Shown piece after piece: positions 1 to 13,100 of a stretch of 64,000 nucleotides of DNA (its first letter is position 1; every line of letters begins with the position of its first letter). This DNA is from Phoronis australis. Its lineage: Eukaryota > Animalia > Phoronida. Below the pieces are notes generated by a model that was not told where the DNA came from, searched no databases, and saw only the letters and a program-made list of their open reading frames with translations. The stretch is from assembly GCA_002633005.1 (NCBI GenBank), contig NMRA01000161.1, positions 687,275-751,274 of the forward strand, written 5' to 3'. The position numbers and the translations under genes were made by a program.

Positions 1-1026
1 TGTTACTTCGTGACTATGAAGGAAAAGTTCCAAGTAGAAATTTGTTTCTGGCATTCTAATGCTGTGCTAATCTCGTATGTTGGTAAATTTGTTTTTAATT
101 CTATGTTTCTGTGGTGCTTTAAGCAACTGGTGTATAGGATGTGCTTGTATTATGAAGATTACTCACATTTTGCCCCTAGCCTATTGAGGAGACAATGACC
201 ATGCCTTTCCATTTTGCTAAGTACAACATACTACATATATGCCCTCTACTGGCCACTTTATGGTACCAATAAACAACCCTAGAAGGATACCCTATGCGGT
301 GCAATTGTGGGCGCATTTCAACGCTCTGCGTTGCTCTTGTTTACATTTTGCCTTGATTAGAGTTAATTTGTGACTTAAATGCAGTCTGAAAGTTCAAAAT
401 TTTATGACATCAAACGAACATCCATGAGTATACAAGTCGTAGTTGGATTGTTTTTGTAGGAATATGGAGATTTGAGAAATCACAATTGAGGATTCAGTGA
501 CTGTTCCCCCAAAACTAGCTGAAGACAGTTGTAGTGATGTTGATATCAAGTTGAAAGTTTATATCATTATAGTTTGGTTGCATGAAATTATTGTCGGTAT
601 AAAATTTATGTAGTAAAGAGGGTGTTGAGTTATAATTGATCATCAGAGGGAAGAAACGTTTTTGATGTTAGCTTTATTTGAAATAACAAAGTGCGTATAA
701 CAACAAGAAGTGATGTAAATGGCCCAAGCCTAAGGCCCAAATTTCACATCTACTCTACATTCCTTTCAATGACAATGACTGACACGTACTATGGTTGAGA
801 GGGATTCAGTCAGTATCTTTGCTCATAGGAAGCAAATGAAGACATAATATGCAGGCCTTTTGCTGGGCCATTTACTTCACTTTTAAGTTGTTTCATGCTC
901 ATTTGCAGAAGGCTAACGAAACTTTAATTAATGCTGAAAATATCTCCAAGTCTGGGATTTTTATTTTTGTAAGATTTAACACCAGAAAGGGTTGCTCTTC
1001 CTGTAATTATCAATTGTCATATTTAG

Positions 1027-1136
1027 GTAAAGAGAAGTCTCCTGGCGTGGCTAAGAACTCGTTTCTTGCCAACCTCCACCCTTCGCGGTGGGGCAGGTCA
1101 AATCAACCAGGACCAGACAGGCTTCTGCCTGGCAAG
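1027..1136 (+). CDS. TRIP12: TRIP12 exon ([23 protein letters not shown]...)
   Basis: tttag acceptor, gtgagc donor; [13 protein letters not shown] resembles the TRIP12 SFLASLNPKTWG motif; phase fits next exon. Confidence 0.85.
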
Positions 1137-4100
1137 GTGAGCAGTTTGCATTTGATCTCTGAGCCAGGCTCACACGTAGAAGGTCATAATGAAATGAAGT
1201 TGAATGAATTGTAAACCACGATGCATGTATTTACCAGAGTAGAGGTTCGTGGGATATCTATTCCCCTGCATTTTGCCTGATAGTGCAGTTGTTTTATCTA
1301 CTTTGTATGAATAATTTCCCTTAATCCACTTCGGATTTGATGTCACATTCTATAAAAAGGTCCGTCGACTCCTGTAGGCAAAGTATGCTTCAATTATTTA
1401 GTGGCTTGTACACAGGTTTTGAGCAGTAGCATTCAACAAACTGGTAGTTGTTGTTACATTGACATTTGTAGATTGCTTAGATAGATTGGTGATAAATAGT
1501 GTCTTCTTTTTAGGAGCCTTCGCTGCTGAGAACACAGGTGTCAAACATGTCTGGGAATCGAGAAAAAGTTAGGCTGTGGATTAGAGACCAAGGTAGATGT
1601 CTCTCTGCTTATAATTTTAGCCAAGTGGTTTTACTTAACACTGCAAACTGTTGAAGAATTAATTCCATTGATTCATTATTTAATTGCTCAGTGCATAATA
1701 TGATCACTTGAGTTTGTTGTGGGTTTCTGCTTGTGTTTTCAACTTTGTTTGCCGAGATTCAGGACATATTATTTTATCAATCTTTTTGCCTCTTTGAACA
1801 TCAAATTGTGTTTGCCTAACATTTTTAGTAGTTGGTTGTAATGTCTCCAGCCCAGCTGGCCAAGATATAGTTACAAAGTATACTGAAAAGTCACTGATTT
1901 GTTAGTTGAATCCTTGAATAAATAAACCGTGTTTGAGTGAGTTGACTTTCCAGATCATGGTCTGTTTCTGTTTGCTCTTCCAGCGAAGTCGTTCCTGAAG
2001 CAGCATACCCAAAGTCTGCCACCAGGTGGCAGTCACCCTGCGCTCAACGTGCTCAATCAGTTGAATGAGTCCACTCGCCGACTAGCAGCGAAGGTAAAAC
2101 AATTATATATAAATAAATGAAATCCCGATACGGCAAAATCTCACCAATTTAGTACACAATATGACCAACATGTCAAATCTCGCTCTTTCATCTTACTATC
2201 GTGAAAGATAAGTAGCACCAAATAAATACTACATCATTTTTTACAATCTATACCACAAGTACCATGTGACAATGATTCTAAAAAATTGTGAGCATTCATA
2301 ACAGTGTTACGTCTTTGAAAACTGATGAAAGACCGTATTTGACAATTACTTTTTGTCTGTAATTGATGAGATTTTACCGTGTTGCCATGCACATTAACAT
2401 CTAGGTCACTGATAAATTGTGAATTTCAAAAATTGGGGGAAAGCGAAGCATTGGTATTTACCTAATTGGTTGATTCAAAAATGCCTTTTTGCACACAAGT
2501 AATATATGACCCAAACCAGCATTTCACGTCTCAAGTTAAAAGTGAGTATTTACCAGCCTGAATACTGTAAGGTGCTGCTGAAACCAACTGTTAACTATCC
2601 TGAGCAAAGTGCGTTATGTGTTTTGGAAGCTAAACTCTCGTTGAGAGGGGTGTTCAAAAATATACTGGCACTTTTAAGGTAGTCTTTGTTTAAATTGGTT
2701 TAAATTGGGAGAGGATGCCAAGCCGTGCATGCTTGTTTAATGTGAAAATTGTAAATTTTGAGGCAAGTGATTTTGAACATTGGCACTGAAGTGGACGATT
2801 ACACCATTTAAAAAGTTCCATATTGGTACCTTTAGTATTGCAGTTTTATTTAACTGTGCGCACTACAGCATATGCAAGATATTATTTAAATAAATCTTTT
2901 GATTAACTTTATTTTAGATGTTCCAAGTTAACATGTATTAATTTATCCTGAGACGTGTCTCAATTATTGGGCCTTTTAAATGTAGAAAAACTTATGAGAA
3001 TTGTTCTGTGCAGAATTTCACATTTTATCTTATTGTAAGTGATTGCCAAAAATTTATTCGATGGATTAACTGCCGTCTTGTACAATGTATAATTATTGCA
3101 TTTGTGTGTCGGCAGGACCTGGGCAGTGTGTCTGCCCTGCACGAGATCTGCGAGATCATGCAACAGAGTGATGTGTCTCCCTTCGAGATCATTCACAGCG
3201 GGCTAGTGCAAACTATGTTAGACTTTATGTCCGACACACAGAGCCCGCTCAATCGGGACTGGCGACTACGTGCATTTCTCCATGTCTTTCTCAAGTGCCC
3301 TGTAAGTGCAAAATTTGTGTGTGGTTTGACCAGTAGTGTTATTGCTCTTCCTTGAGAGTTGGTCATTCATTTGCTGAAACACTTGCTCATTGCTTCTGAA
3401 ACTGGGTCCTGTGCTTAGAAGTGGGGGTCTTTCCCTCATTCGGCTTTTCCCTTGATCAATAAGACAGCAATACTTAATATCAGTTTTGCCAATTTTTATC
3501 ATTGATGAGAGTTTAAGAGCATATCTATCTTTCAAATATAAAAATGTTCCTAGGTTATGGTTACTGTAGTTGCGGTAAATATTTGATGAATGGTCCAAAT
3601 CGTTGCATTTTGCCTTGCTGGTGTTGTCTTCAACAAACAATGGCAAGTGACTCTGGTTTTTGTCATGGGAACCAGAAGAGATTTTTCCCTGGTGTGGTGT
3701 TTATGTAATGTGTCCACCATTGGAACTGCCAATGTGATAAATATACAGAATGTGGACAATTCCATAATAAAATGTGATATCATTGAGGTGAATTTTGTTG
3801 CTATCATTTCTGCATTTTCAAGCAGCAATCTTCATTTTTGAATAATTCGGTTTTCATCAAGCATTTATTAAAACCAGAACTCAAAAAGAATATCTGATCT
3901 TTCTGCAATTGATACGAGGTGATCTTTTCTGTTCAACTGGTTTTTCACCTACTTGTTTTTTTCTTAAATGAATGTTATTTTATCAGTTGCTATTCAAATT
4001 CGGTGATCAGTCATTTGATTTAAGCGGTTTCTTGTTCTGAGTATGGTTGGGTAACAGGTTTTGTAAATGTTATAAGCTTAGTTTTGTGTAAATGTCACAC

Positions 4101-7100
4101 TATTTGCAGTCGCCTGATGCCCCCGTGAGTACAGAGCCAGTGACCATGGATGAAGTGCCACCACTGGCAGCATTAACAAGTAAACTGGTCGGCTGTATGC
4201 ATCAGTTGGAACAGGTGCGTGGTACTAGTTAGTCTATGTAGTTCTCACTGTATCAGGCAGATTGTATTTGACATTTGCATGTAGCCTTGACAGTGTCTAC
4301 TTCCTTTCCTGATGATTGATGGATCGTGGCTATGTAGCATGCTCCTGTTATTTTATTCTGTGTGAGTTACCTACGGTACACGCCAATTGTATTCAGACAA
4401 AAATGACACAAAATTCTCCAACATAACGGCTGGGTAGAAGGCAAATTCACTGTCAGATTGGCAGAGGAAAACGGGAGAAAGGTGGGAGTTAAACATAAAA
4501 AACGGTGAAACAAGTTTTAGGGTTGGAACCCTTGTTTAGCTGACGACTATATTGCCTTTGATGCCAACAATCACACCCCATCATTGATTTGGTCTTTGAC
4601 AGAACTGTTTGTTGTGTTACATTTTAACTTTAATGTCCTGGCTGATTCTTTTATTTCAGTTTCAAGTGAAAGTTCATGACCTTCCTGGTACCAGCTCTGG
4701 CCCAGGCAAGGGAACCAGTGCCATTAAGTTCTTCAATACACATCAGCTCAAGGTGAGCAAAACGATTGATGCCCAGACTGAGGCAGTTATTATGCTGACG
4801 GTGGGCGATAAAAAAGTGAATTTTTGAAAATTCGGGGATACGTGTTATTTATGATTATAACTGATTTGGTTCAAATGCCCAGATAAATGTGTTTAGATAA
4901 GATGCATTGTGTGCAAATTCCACGTAAAATATGCTTTGTTCTGGTGTCATTGGAACCAACAAACATCTGTATCATACCTCTGGCTGCTTGTTGAGCAAGC
5001 CGCAACTGAACGGTCTTTTCCCCACATTGGCCTTATCTTTGTGTATATGAACTTTCCTTCGCGGTTTGCCTTTCTTTGGTTGCCACTGCTTGAAAGAGTA
5101 CAATATTTAACCATATTTTAGTGTCAACTACAGCGCCACCCTGAGTGTACAAACCTACGCCAGTGGCGGGGTGGACCGGTCAAGGTGGACCCGCTGGCCC
5201 TTGTCCAGGCCATCGAGAGGTACCTGGTTATGAGAGGCTTCGGCAGGCTACGGCCGGTAGGTTTTGGGGCTAGAAATTTTGTCAGGAACTCAGCAGAGTT
5301 ATTAGTATTGTGACGGGGTTTTGTAAACTGTGTTCTGGAACAGAGGTGTTGCCTTGTGAATTGTTTTTTACCTTGGAACATTCCTTGGACCCTGGAAGTC
5401 AGACATCTTAAAGCTATTTACAAAGCACAAGTGTTGGTCATTGCCTCCCAATAAGCGTCCATTGCTTGTTCAGAGTGATTTGCATTCAATGCTTTATCCA
5501 TTATATAGTCGTGTTGCTTTGAGAATTATTTTGAATTCTTTATAGTGCCATTTCGCTGATAACATAAAGTTTCACCCACAAGATGTCTTGAACACTCGCT
5601 TGAATGCCAAGCGTCTACATATCAGATTAAGTTGAGAGGTGTTCGAGATGTTTTAGGAAGCCAAAAGCACTGCCAAAAAGTTAAATCACTGAAACAGTAC
5701 AATCCTGTTGTCAGTTATACATATTTTAATGCAAAAGTCCTTATTGCTAGTTACGTGCTAGGGCTACATACACTGCGGCATCTTGACTTTGAGTTACATT
5801 GTCACATGTCAATCATGAACATAACCTTTGACCCTTTGTTTCTATAGAATGCTGATGATGAGTGCAGTGATGATGAAAACTCTGACGACGATCTCGATGA
5901 CACTATGGTAAGTACATCGCTTTCATTATGACACTATGGTAAGTGCGTCGCTTTCATTATGCCACTCACTGTAGTTCTCGGCAATAGTTTGTTTTCGTTT
6001 TTGGAGTATTTATTTTGATACAGCTTTTATTAGCATGCCTTATACCAACTCGTCTGTACAAAATCATGTCCTGTGAAACTTGTACTGTCTTCACTATACC
6101 ACACCTCACAACTATTTTATCTTCATGAAGCGTGTTGTATCTGTCTTATGCAGTGCTTCACGCAACCATCATTAAATGTAGTGTTCACAGGGTAAGTTTA
6201 CCATGTGACTACCTGAATGCATGTATTTACACTGGTGGTACCGTTGCGCCACCTGTTGAATTTCAAGCTCCCCATTTAATCTAGAAACAGTTATGAATTG
6301 TTTGGATCTAAAATTAATTTCACTGTCAGAATATGTTCAGGTCAATTCTATAACCTACCAAACAAAAAGCAAGACAGTATAATTTTTCTGCTGTCATACA
6401 GATACAGTTCTCCACTTAAGTGCTACAGGTTAGGGCTTGTTGAATGTATTCCAGACTTCCATCTTCATCGCACTGTACCTTAAAGATTGTTAAACTTTCA
6501 TTGTACAATACCATTACATCTTCATTATATATTACCCATCCATCATCAACTATATTTCATGCTGCCATCTTCACCACACTACACCTTAAAACTGTTATAA
6601 CTTACTGCACAGTACAATTACATCTACATTATACAATATTCATCCACCATCGACTATGCTCCAGGCTGCTATACCTCAAAACTTGTGTATCTCTGGTAGG
6701 TTATACCATAACATCTATATTGTACAGTACCCATTCACCATCAACTCTATTTCAGGCTGTCGTATTCATCATACTACACCTTATAATTATTGCATCTCTA
6801 TGTTGTGTTATATCCATCTACCATCAATTCTATTGTAGGCGGCTGTCTTCATCACACAAGGCACAGCTCGTCACAAACTGGAGTTCTTGGTGGGTGACCA
6901 CGTCCTCCCGTACAATATGACCGTCTACCAGGCAATCAAACTCTACAGTCATGGCCAGTCTTCAGAGGACACCGACACAGACTCAGAGAACCCACTCGGC
7001 CATGCTGGCATTTGGGTGCAGACTCATGTTATCTGGTAGGTGTGTGGGGATTGAGGAGTATTGGGAAAGGTGGACTTTGGGGCAATGAATTGTGGGACAA

Positions 7101-10100
7101 GTGACACATCATATTTAATTATTGGTACTGATCTTTTAAGATTATGTAGGACCCTAAAAATTCCAAATTTCGCTATCTTTGGAGCATCATATAAGAAATG
7201 GCTGATCGTATTCATATGAAACTTTCAGCTATTAACTTTTATTCTCCAAAACACTGTTCAATGTTCCACTTTTGCATGAGGGTCTATCAAAAATATGACT
7301 GATTTTTATGAAAAAAATTATAATTGATCATGCCACTGCACTTTTCTTTTTTTACTAAATTTTACTATTAAAAGAGAAATGTTCATGTGACCCAATTAAT
7401 GGCAGTTTGGTATTAAGTCAAAACTCATATTCTGCAAGCTTTCAGCTTTCAGAAAATATAAAATACTTTTACTGAGTTAAAACCTACAGTTTTCTAGGTA
7501 TTTGGATAAATGTGCAGACTTGCCAATGAGGTCCCACATAAGCTGCTGTAGTATTCATCTTTAGTGGTACAGTAATAAAGCCACTTAGTGATCAAACCTT
7601 CTTGTCAATATTGATAGTTTTGATCTAGTACACAGCTTGTTTTAAAAAGAAAGTTGAGCCTGGTTGGAAAATTGTCAAGTCTGACTTACTGAAGTCCCCT
7701 CTCCAGTGCACCATAAATACTTTTACTGAGCCATTTCTCCCAACCCAACATTTTGCTGATTGAAAAGCAGTTTGATGTTGCATCTGTCTCAGGTCATGTT
7801 TTAGAGAATATTACTTCACAAGTAAGCTGTCCCTCAACCTGTTGCTGCTGGAGAAAATGTCATTGGTGGTTGTCTGTACACAGTGAGTCACAAGCCTGTG
7901 TTTGTCCTACTATTCCACTGTTTACCACCAGGTACCGACTAACCTCAAATAGTGACACAGCTAGTGCTGCTAGAAACAGTGAGTCACAAGTCTGTGTTAG
8001 TCATACTATTCCAATGTTTACTGTTAGGTGCCAACCAGCCTCCTACAGGGACAAAGTGAGTAACAAGTCTGTGTTAGTCATACTATTTCACTGTTTACCA
8101 TCAGGTACCGGCCAGCCTCCAATAGTGACGCAGCTAGTGCTGCAGGACAGTCTAGTCAGAAGAAGAAGTCGGAGTCTGGTCGCAAGCCATTTTCCAAGTC
8201 CAAGAAGGGAGAAGACCTCTGGCATGGTAATCATTTGCAGTGTATCTCCTCAGTACATAGTTGTCATTTTAACTGTTTTGAATTTTTCTTCACTTGTTTG
8301 TATTCAGTTCAGTTTTCATTTGCACTCAGATGTTCAGGGTGTCTGCGTCATTTCAGATGAAGTGAGCATCATAGGCTTTGTTGTTACCTGTTATGTTGTT
8401 CCTTTAATGTATAATACCTTGAGCTTAGACAAAGTGGCCGTAAATTGACTATTGACACTCGACAAAGCCGAGTGATGTCAGGTGAGCGATACTGACTAGG
8501 TTTTGTCTTCATTTTCCCCAGCAGTTTTCTATCATATGTACACCTCGTTTACTCAAAGTTATGGCGACTTGGTGAATGAAAAGACAGAGGTTACATACGG
8601 AGCTGCTCTATGCCCGGCAGGAGATTCAATTTGAGTGACAACCTTGTAACCTTTGACCTTGGAGAAGTAGTAAACAAATTTTCACACGGTTGTGCGATTC
8701 CAAGGTGGTTTTGCAAAGTCTTTTTTTATCGCTACACAGTGTATATTTCGTATTTGAAGTGCCCCAAGAAAGACTATAAGGTGTTTTGCTAGACATATAT
8801 GAAATACAATTGTAAAAATGTCCAATTTTTGTGACAAAGGTTTTGAGATATCCTTAAATTAAGACTTAATAATAGTTACTGTTTGTCTTTCAGATGGTGT
8901 GTGCCCCGCTATATCTATGCCACTGGACAAGTACTTATCAACCAAACTGTCTGATCTGGTCACTGTTGGTGACCCCTCCCTGGAGGTGCTGGGCCTAATG
9001 AGGCTGATCCATGCACTCAACATGTACTGGGGGTCCATGTACGAGGTAGGCACACATTTGTGGGGTTGGGCTGGTTGGTACCGATGGTTGTATAATTCCT
9101 TTCTCAGTTTTATGTAAAGGCTGTAGGCTCCCTTGACAGTGTTAAAATCAATAACTTTCGATTTAGAACGCTTCAATATAAGATTGTTCACAATTTCCTT
9201 CACTTGGATTAAATGTGATATCCGATCCTTGGCAAGAACTAAATTCTAGATGCGATATGCTGAGGACTGAATGTAATGAGTTGGAATTCACCGTAAATTG
9301 ATGGGCTCGTAATTTTATTTGTGGAAATTAATAGGATTGGAAATAGCCTGGTATCATGACCAAAGGGTGTATGTTACTATTATTTGATATATTGGGACTT
9401 TAAAATGCAGTGTATATGTGTTCTGACCTTGATAATAGTTTGACTCTTCCACGGTGTTCCAGCTGATAATTTCATGTACGAACAGTCGCGGAAATGACCT
9501 ATTCGCAGCCATATTCCTTTCAACACATAAAGTGACAAGGCCTTCTGAGTTCAGTCTTCGTAAACAACAATTTGTTCATTCTGAGCTCAGACATCCCTTC
9601 TCTTCTGAGTAAGGTGCAAGTTTCCACCAGTTCTGTAGTGGAAAGTGACATAACTCAAACACTAGGCTGTGTTTTGGTTTGGATAGTCGTCAGTGACGAG
9701 TGTTTGACATCTGTCAATAATTTTTTCCAACATCTAACATTTTCTGTGTTTCCATATTGGCTACATAGCCTTATTTTTGTGTTCCAGACCAGCTCATACG
9801 AACCGATCATGTCGTGCAATGAGTTTCTCAGTAGTAAACTGACTGCCAAGGCTAACCGCCAGCTGCAAGACCCTTTAGTCATCATGACAGGCAACCTGCC
9901 AACATGGCTGCCAGAGATAGCATCCGTCTGGTGAGTCACTTAGTATTCTTATGATGTACTTTTTGTTATTTATCAAATCGGGGAATACAAGTCATGAGTT
10001 ATGTTGAACTTTAGTGAGATAATGTGGCGTTTGTTTGATCTTATTGAGTTTTAGAAAGTGTCAGTGTAATGACTTGGCTAACGAAGTTCCAACACACAAA

Positions 10101-13100
10101 ACTGCTAGTAGATATTGGTTTCTGTTTTTCTTGAATCCTTTTCAGTTCTAACAAAATCTCGTCAGGAGTAGCTCAACACACTTTGTTGAAGTCGTGTCAT
10201 ATTACTTTGTAAGTTTTTTCACAAATGCATAATCAATGGCTAGGTGCAATAATGTCTCATTAAAGTCTTGACTTGGTTCGACAAAAATGTTATTTTAATG
10301 GCAGTGACAAAACTTCGACTAAACTGCCAGTTAATTTTGGTTACCAGTTCATCTGAATTCTGACCTTCACCTAACATATCATGTAGTTTCTAGATGATAA
10401 AGTATATTTTGTGGTCTATGCACAGATGTACGCATTTGTAATATTAAGTGAAGAACTCCTTACCCAAAACTCACCCTCTATCCTTTTTAATGTCTTATAT
10501 CGTGTGAGGCAATGTTTTATTTCGACCTTTTGTTTTATTCATGACACACGTCAGATGCTGTTAAATTTCAGATCTTCAAACCTTCCCTTACAATCCGTTT
10601 TTGCTCTTTTTTAACTGATCTATTCCACATCCTTTAACTTTTGACCTTATGTTGCAGTCCTTTCCTGCTGCCTTTTGACACGCGTCAGATGCTGTTCTAT
10701 TCCACATCATTTGACCGTGACCGCGCCATGATGAGGCTGCAGCAAGATACAGTTCAGGATACGACCAGCGCGGATGGAACTGATCGCGTCGCCCCGAGGT
10801 TGGAGAAGAAAAAGGTGTGTAATAGTCTGAAGAGAAACTTGTCCATTAATCTGATGTCTTGACCATTGCTCTTTGATAGATAGGATGATCAAATTAAATT
10901 GGCCTCCAATGTAGTCACAAGGGGGTGGGCTAGGGAGGTGTGTGGGGGCGCTTTGCCTGCCATGTTTCTTCATTGTTTCAGTTACTGATGTTGTGCAGGT
11001 GTTGCCTGTATGAACGTGTCGAAATCAAATCTTTTAAGGTGACATCCTAGCAAAATGAACACATTTCTAGGAAATCAACTGTTTTAAAATCTGGCAGTTT
11101 TGGTTTATTTTGTTTTTTGCTGTCCATTTAACTCTGCAATGGACTCCCATAATATAAAAGCTTGGAATACAGTAATTTTCTAAAATTTCATAGATTAAGT
11201 CGCAGATTAGTTCTTTTGTTCGACTTGTTTGACTTGTTTACTTTCTGCTTCCAGAAAACTGTGTCTCGGGAAGATCTGCTGAAGCAAGCGGAGAAAATAA
11301 TGGAGGAGATGAGTAACTCAAAGGCCCTACTGGAGGTGCAGTATGAGGACGAAGTCGGTACGGGGCTGGGGCCAACGTTGGAGTTCTACGCGCTGGTCTC
11401 TCGGGAAATCCAGAGGTCCGACCTGGAGATATGGCGGGGAGAGCCAGTCAAGATGAACAACGTGGCCGGTGAGTTGCTGGTGGTCACGTGTGTGAAATGT
11501 GGGTATGATAGTACCCGCATGTCATGCTAGTTTTTCTACTCATTTTTGTTTAGTTCTCGACTCAGTGCACTTTAAGTCGCCTTTGCTCATCTCATTTAAC
11601 GCACACTTTTTGTTTCTCCCTTGACATTTGTTCTTCAAGATTTGGCATGCTTAGTGGCAATAGTTTTTGTGGTTCCAGCAGCAATAGAGTTGTTTTTATG
11701 TAGTGCCTCCTCTTGGTGGTCGTATGGTATTTGCCCTTGATATTAACAAACCTATTTATAACTAGGTTACATCACCTACAAACAGTAATGTACAGCTAAT
11801 AGTAGGGTGTGCTATGTAAAAATTGTTTTATTGGACTCTTGTCAGTTTACGATTTCAAGAGCTGCTGGTTTTGAGATTAATTATGAAAAAACGTCATTTC
11901 AAGAATATTTTGTCTTTGATATGTTAAGGATAGAGACCCAATAGTTTGCAAATATGAAAATTATCTTGAGATTTAAAAAATGTTTATCATTTTAATAACT
12001 CTTTTCTTGCCATTTGTTCAGGCTGTAAAGATGACGTGGACTACGTGTTTAGTCAGACAGGCCTGTTCCCTGCCCCTCTGCCTAGGAATGCCAAAGTCGG
12101 TTTGGTAACCAAGGTCAAGGCCAAATTCAGGTTTCTGGGCAAATTCATGGCCAAAGCACTCATGGACTCCAGAATGGTAATTAATAGTTGTTGAACTGTG
12201 ATGGTGTCTGTGGTTGAGTATTTAAACAATGGAGACTGCTTGCACTTGGTTTTCATTGAGTTGAATAGCTTACCTTTCAATATCATTTTAATATTGTTGG
12301 TTTGAACGTGACACTCCCATTTGAGAGGCTTGAGTTCAAACCCTGACTATACCGACAGATAACTGGGTATTGCACATTCGTGCTTCCTGGCTTTTCTGCA
12401 TGCTTATTAGTGGGCCTTAGTGGTGGGTCTCAGTGGCAGGTCTTATTGGTGGATCTTGGTAGTGAGTGGATGTGAGAACCCAGATAAATGAGCGAGTGAT
12501 TTTCAGGATATGTAGAAATCTGCATTCAGGCAAAAAATCCCCTTCAGACTGATTTTGATATTGACAGATCAAATTACATAGTGGGCTACTTGAAATTCAG
12601 CTGGGGGTGCAAGCGAGAAAACTGTCTTGGCTGAGTAAATGAAGGCATTCAGGTCACTTAGGTGCCTCATCCCACAGAGGCCCCCATGCTGGTTAGCCGA
12701 TTTCTCTGTCAATCTACTCCGGGGCTCAAAAGAGTGCCCTTTGTTCATTATACTATCTTGTGAATATCTAGTTTCTTCGCATTCTCACCTTTTTCACTCC
12801 ATTGTGTAGGTTGACATACCGCTCAGCCTAGTGTTCTACAAGTGGATGGTGGGCCAGGAACACGCCCTGAACATTATGGACTTGCGCCATGTGGACACAG
12901 TTGTAGCCAAGTCACTCGCTCAGCTGGAGGATGTGGTGCGTCAGAAGAAGAGGATTGAAGTCGACAAGAGTCATGTATGTATTATTGTGTACCAGGGGGC
13001 GTTGTGGTCTCATGGGATATGTCAGTGAAGTAACATGCAAGGGAAACAGTAATTGTTATTCACCATCATTCTAGCTTTGTGGTGATGAGGGTTTGGGCAG

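Noticed and set aside
6444-6920. 158-aa ORF
   Set aside because: Product of a low-complexity degenerate repeat; overlaps the TRIP12 exon in the wrong frame
7753-8448. 231-aa ORF as an independent gene
   Set aside because: Explained by the triplicated unit plus exon 8105-8226 read out of frame
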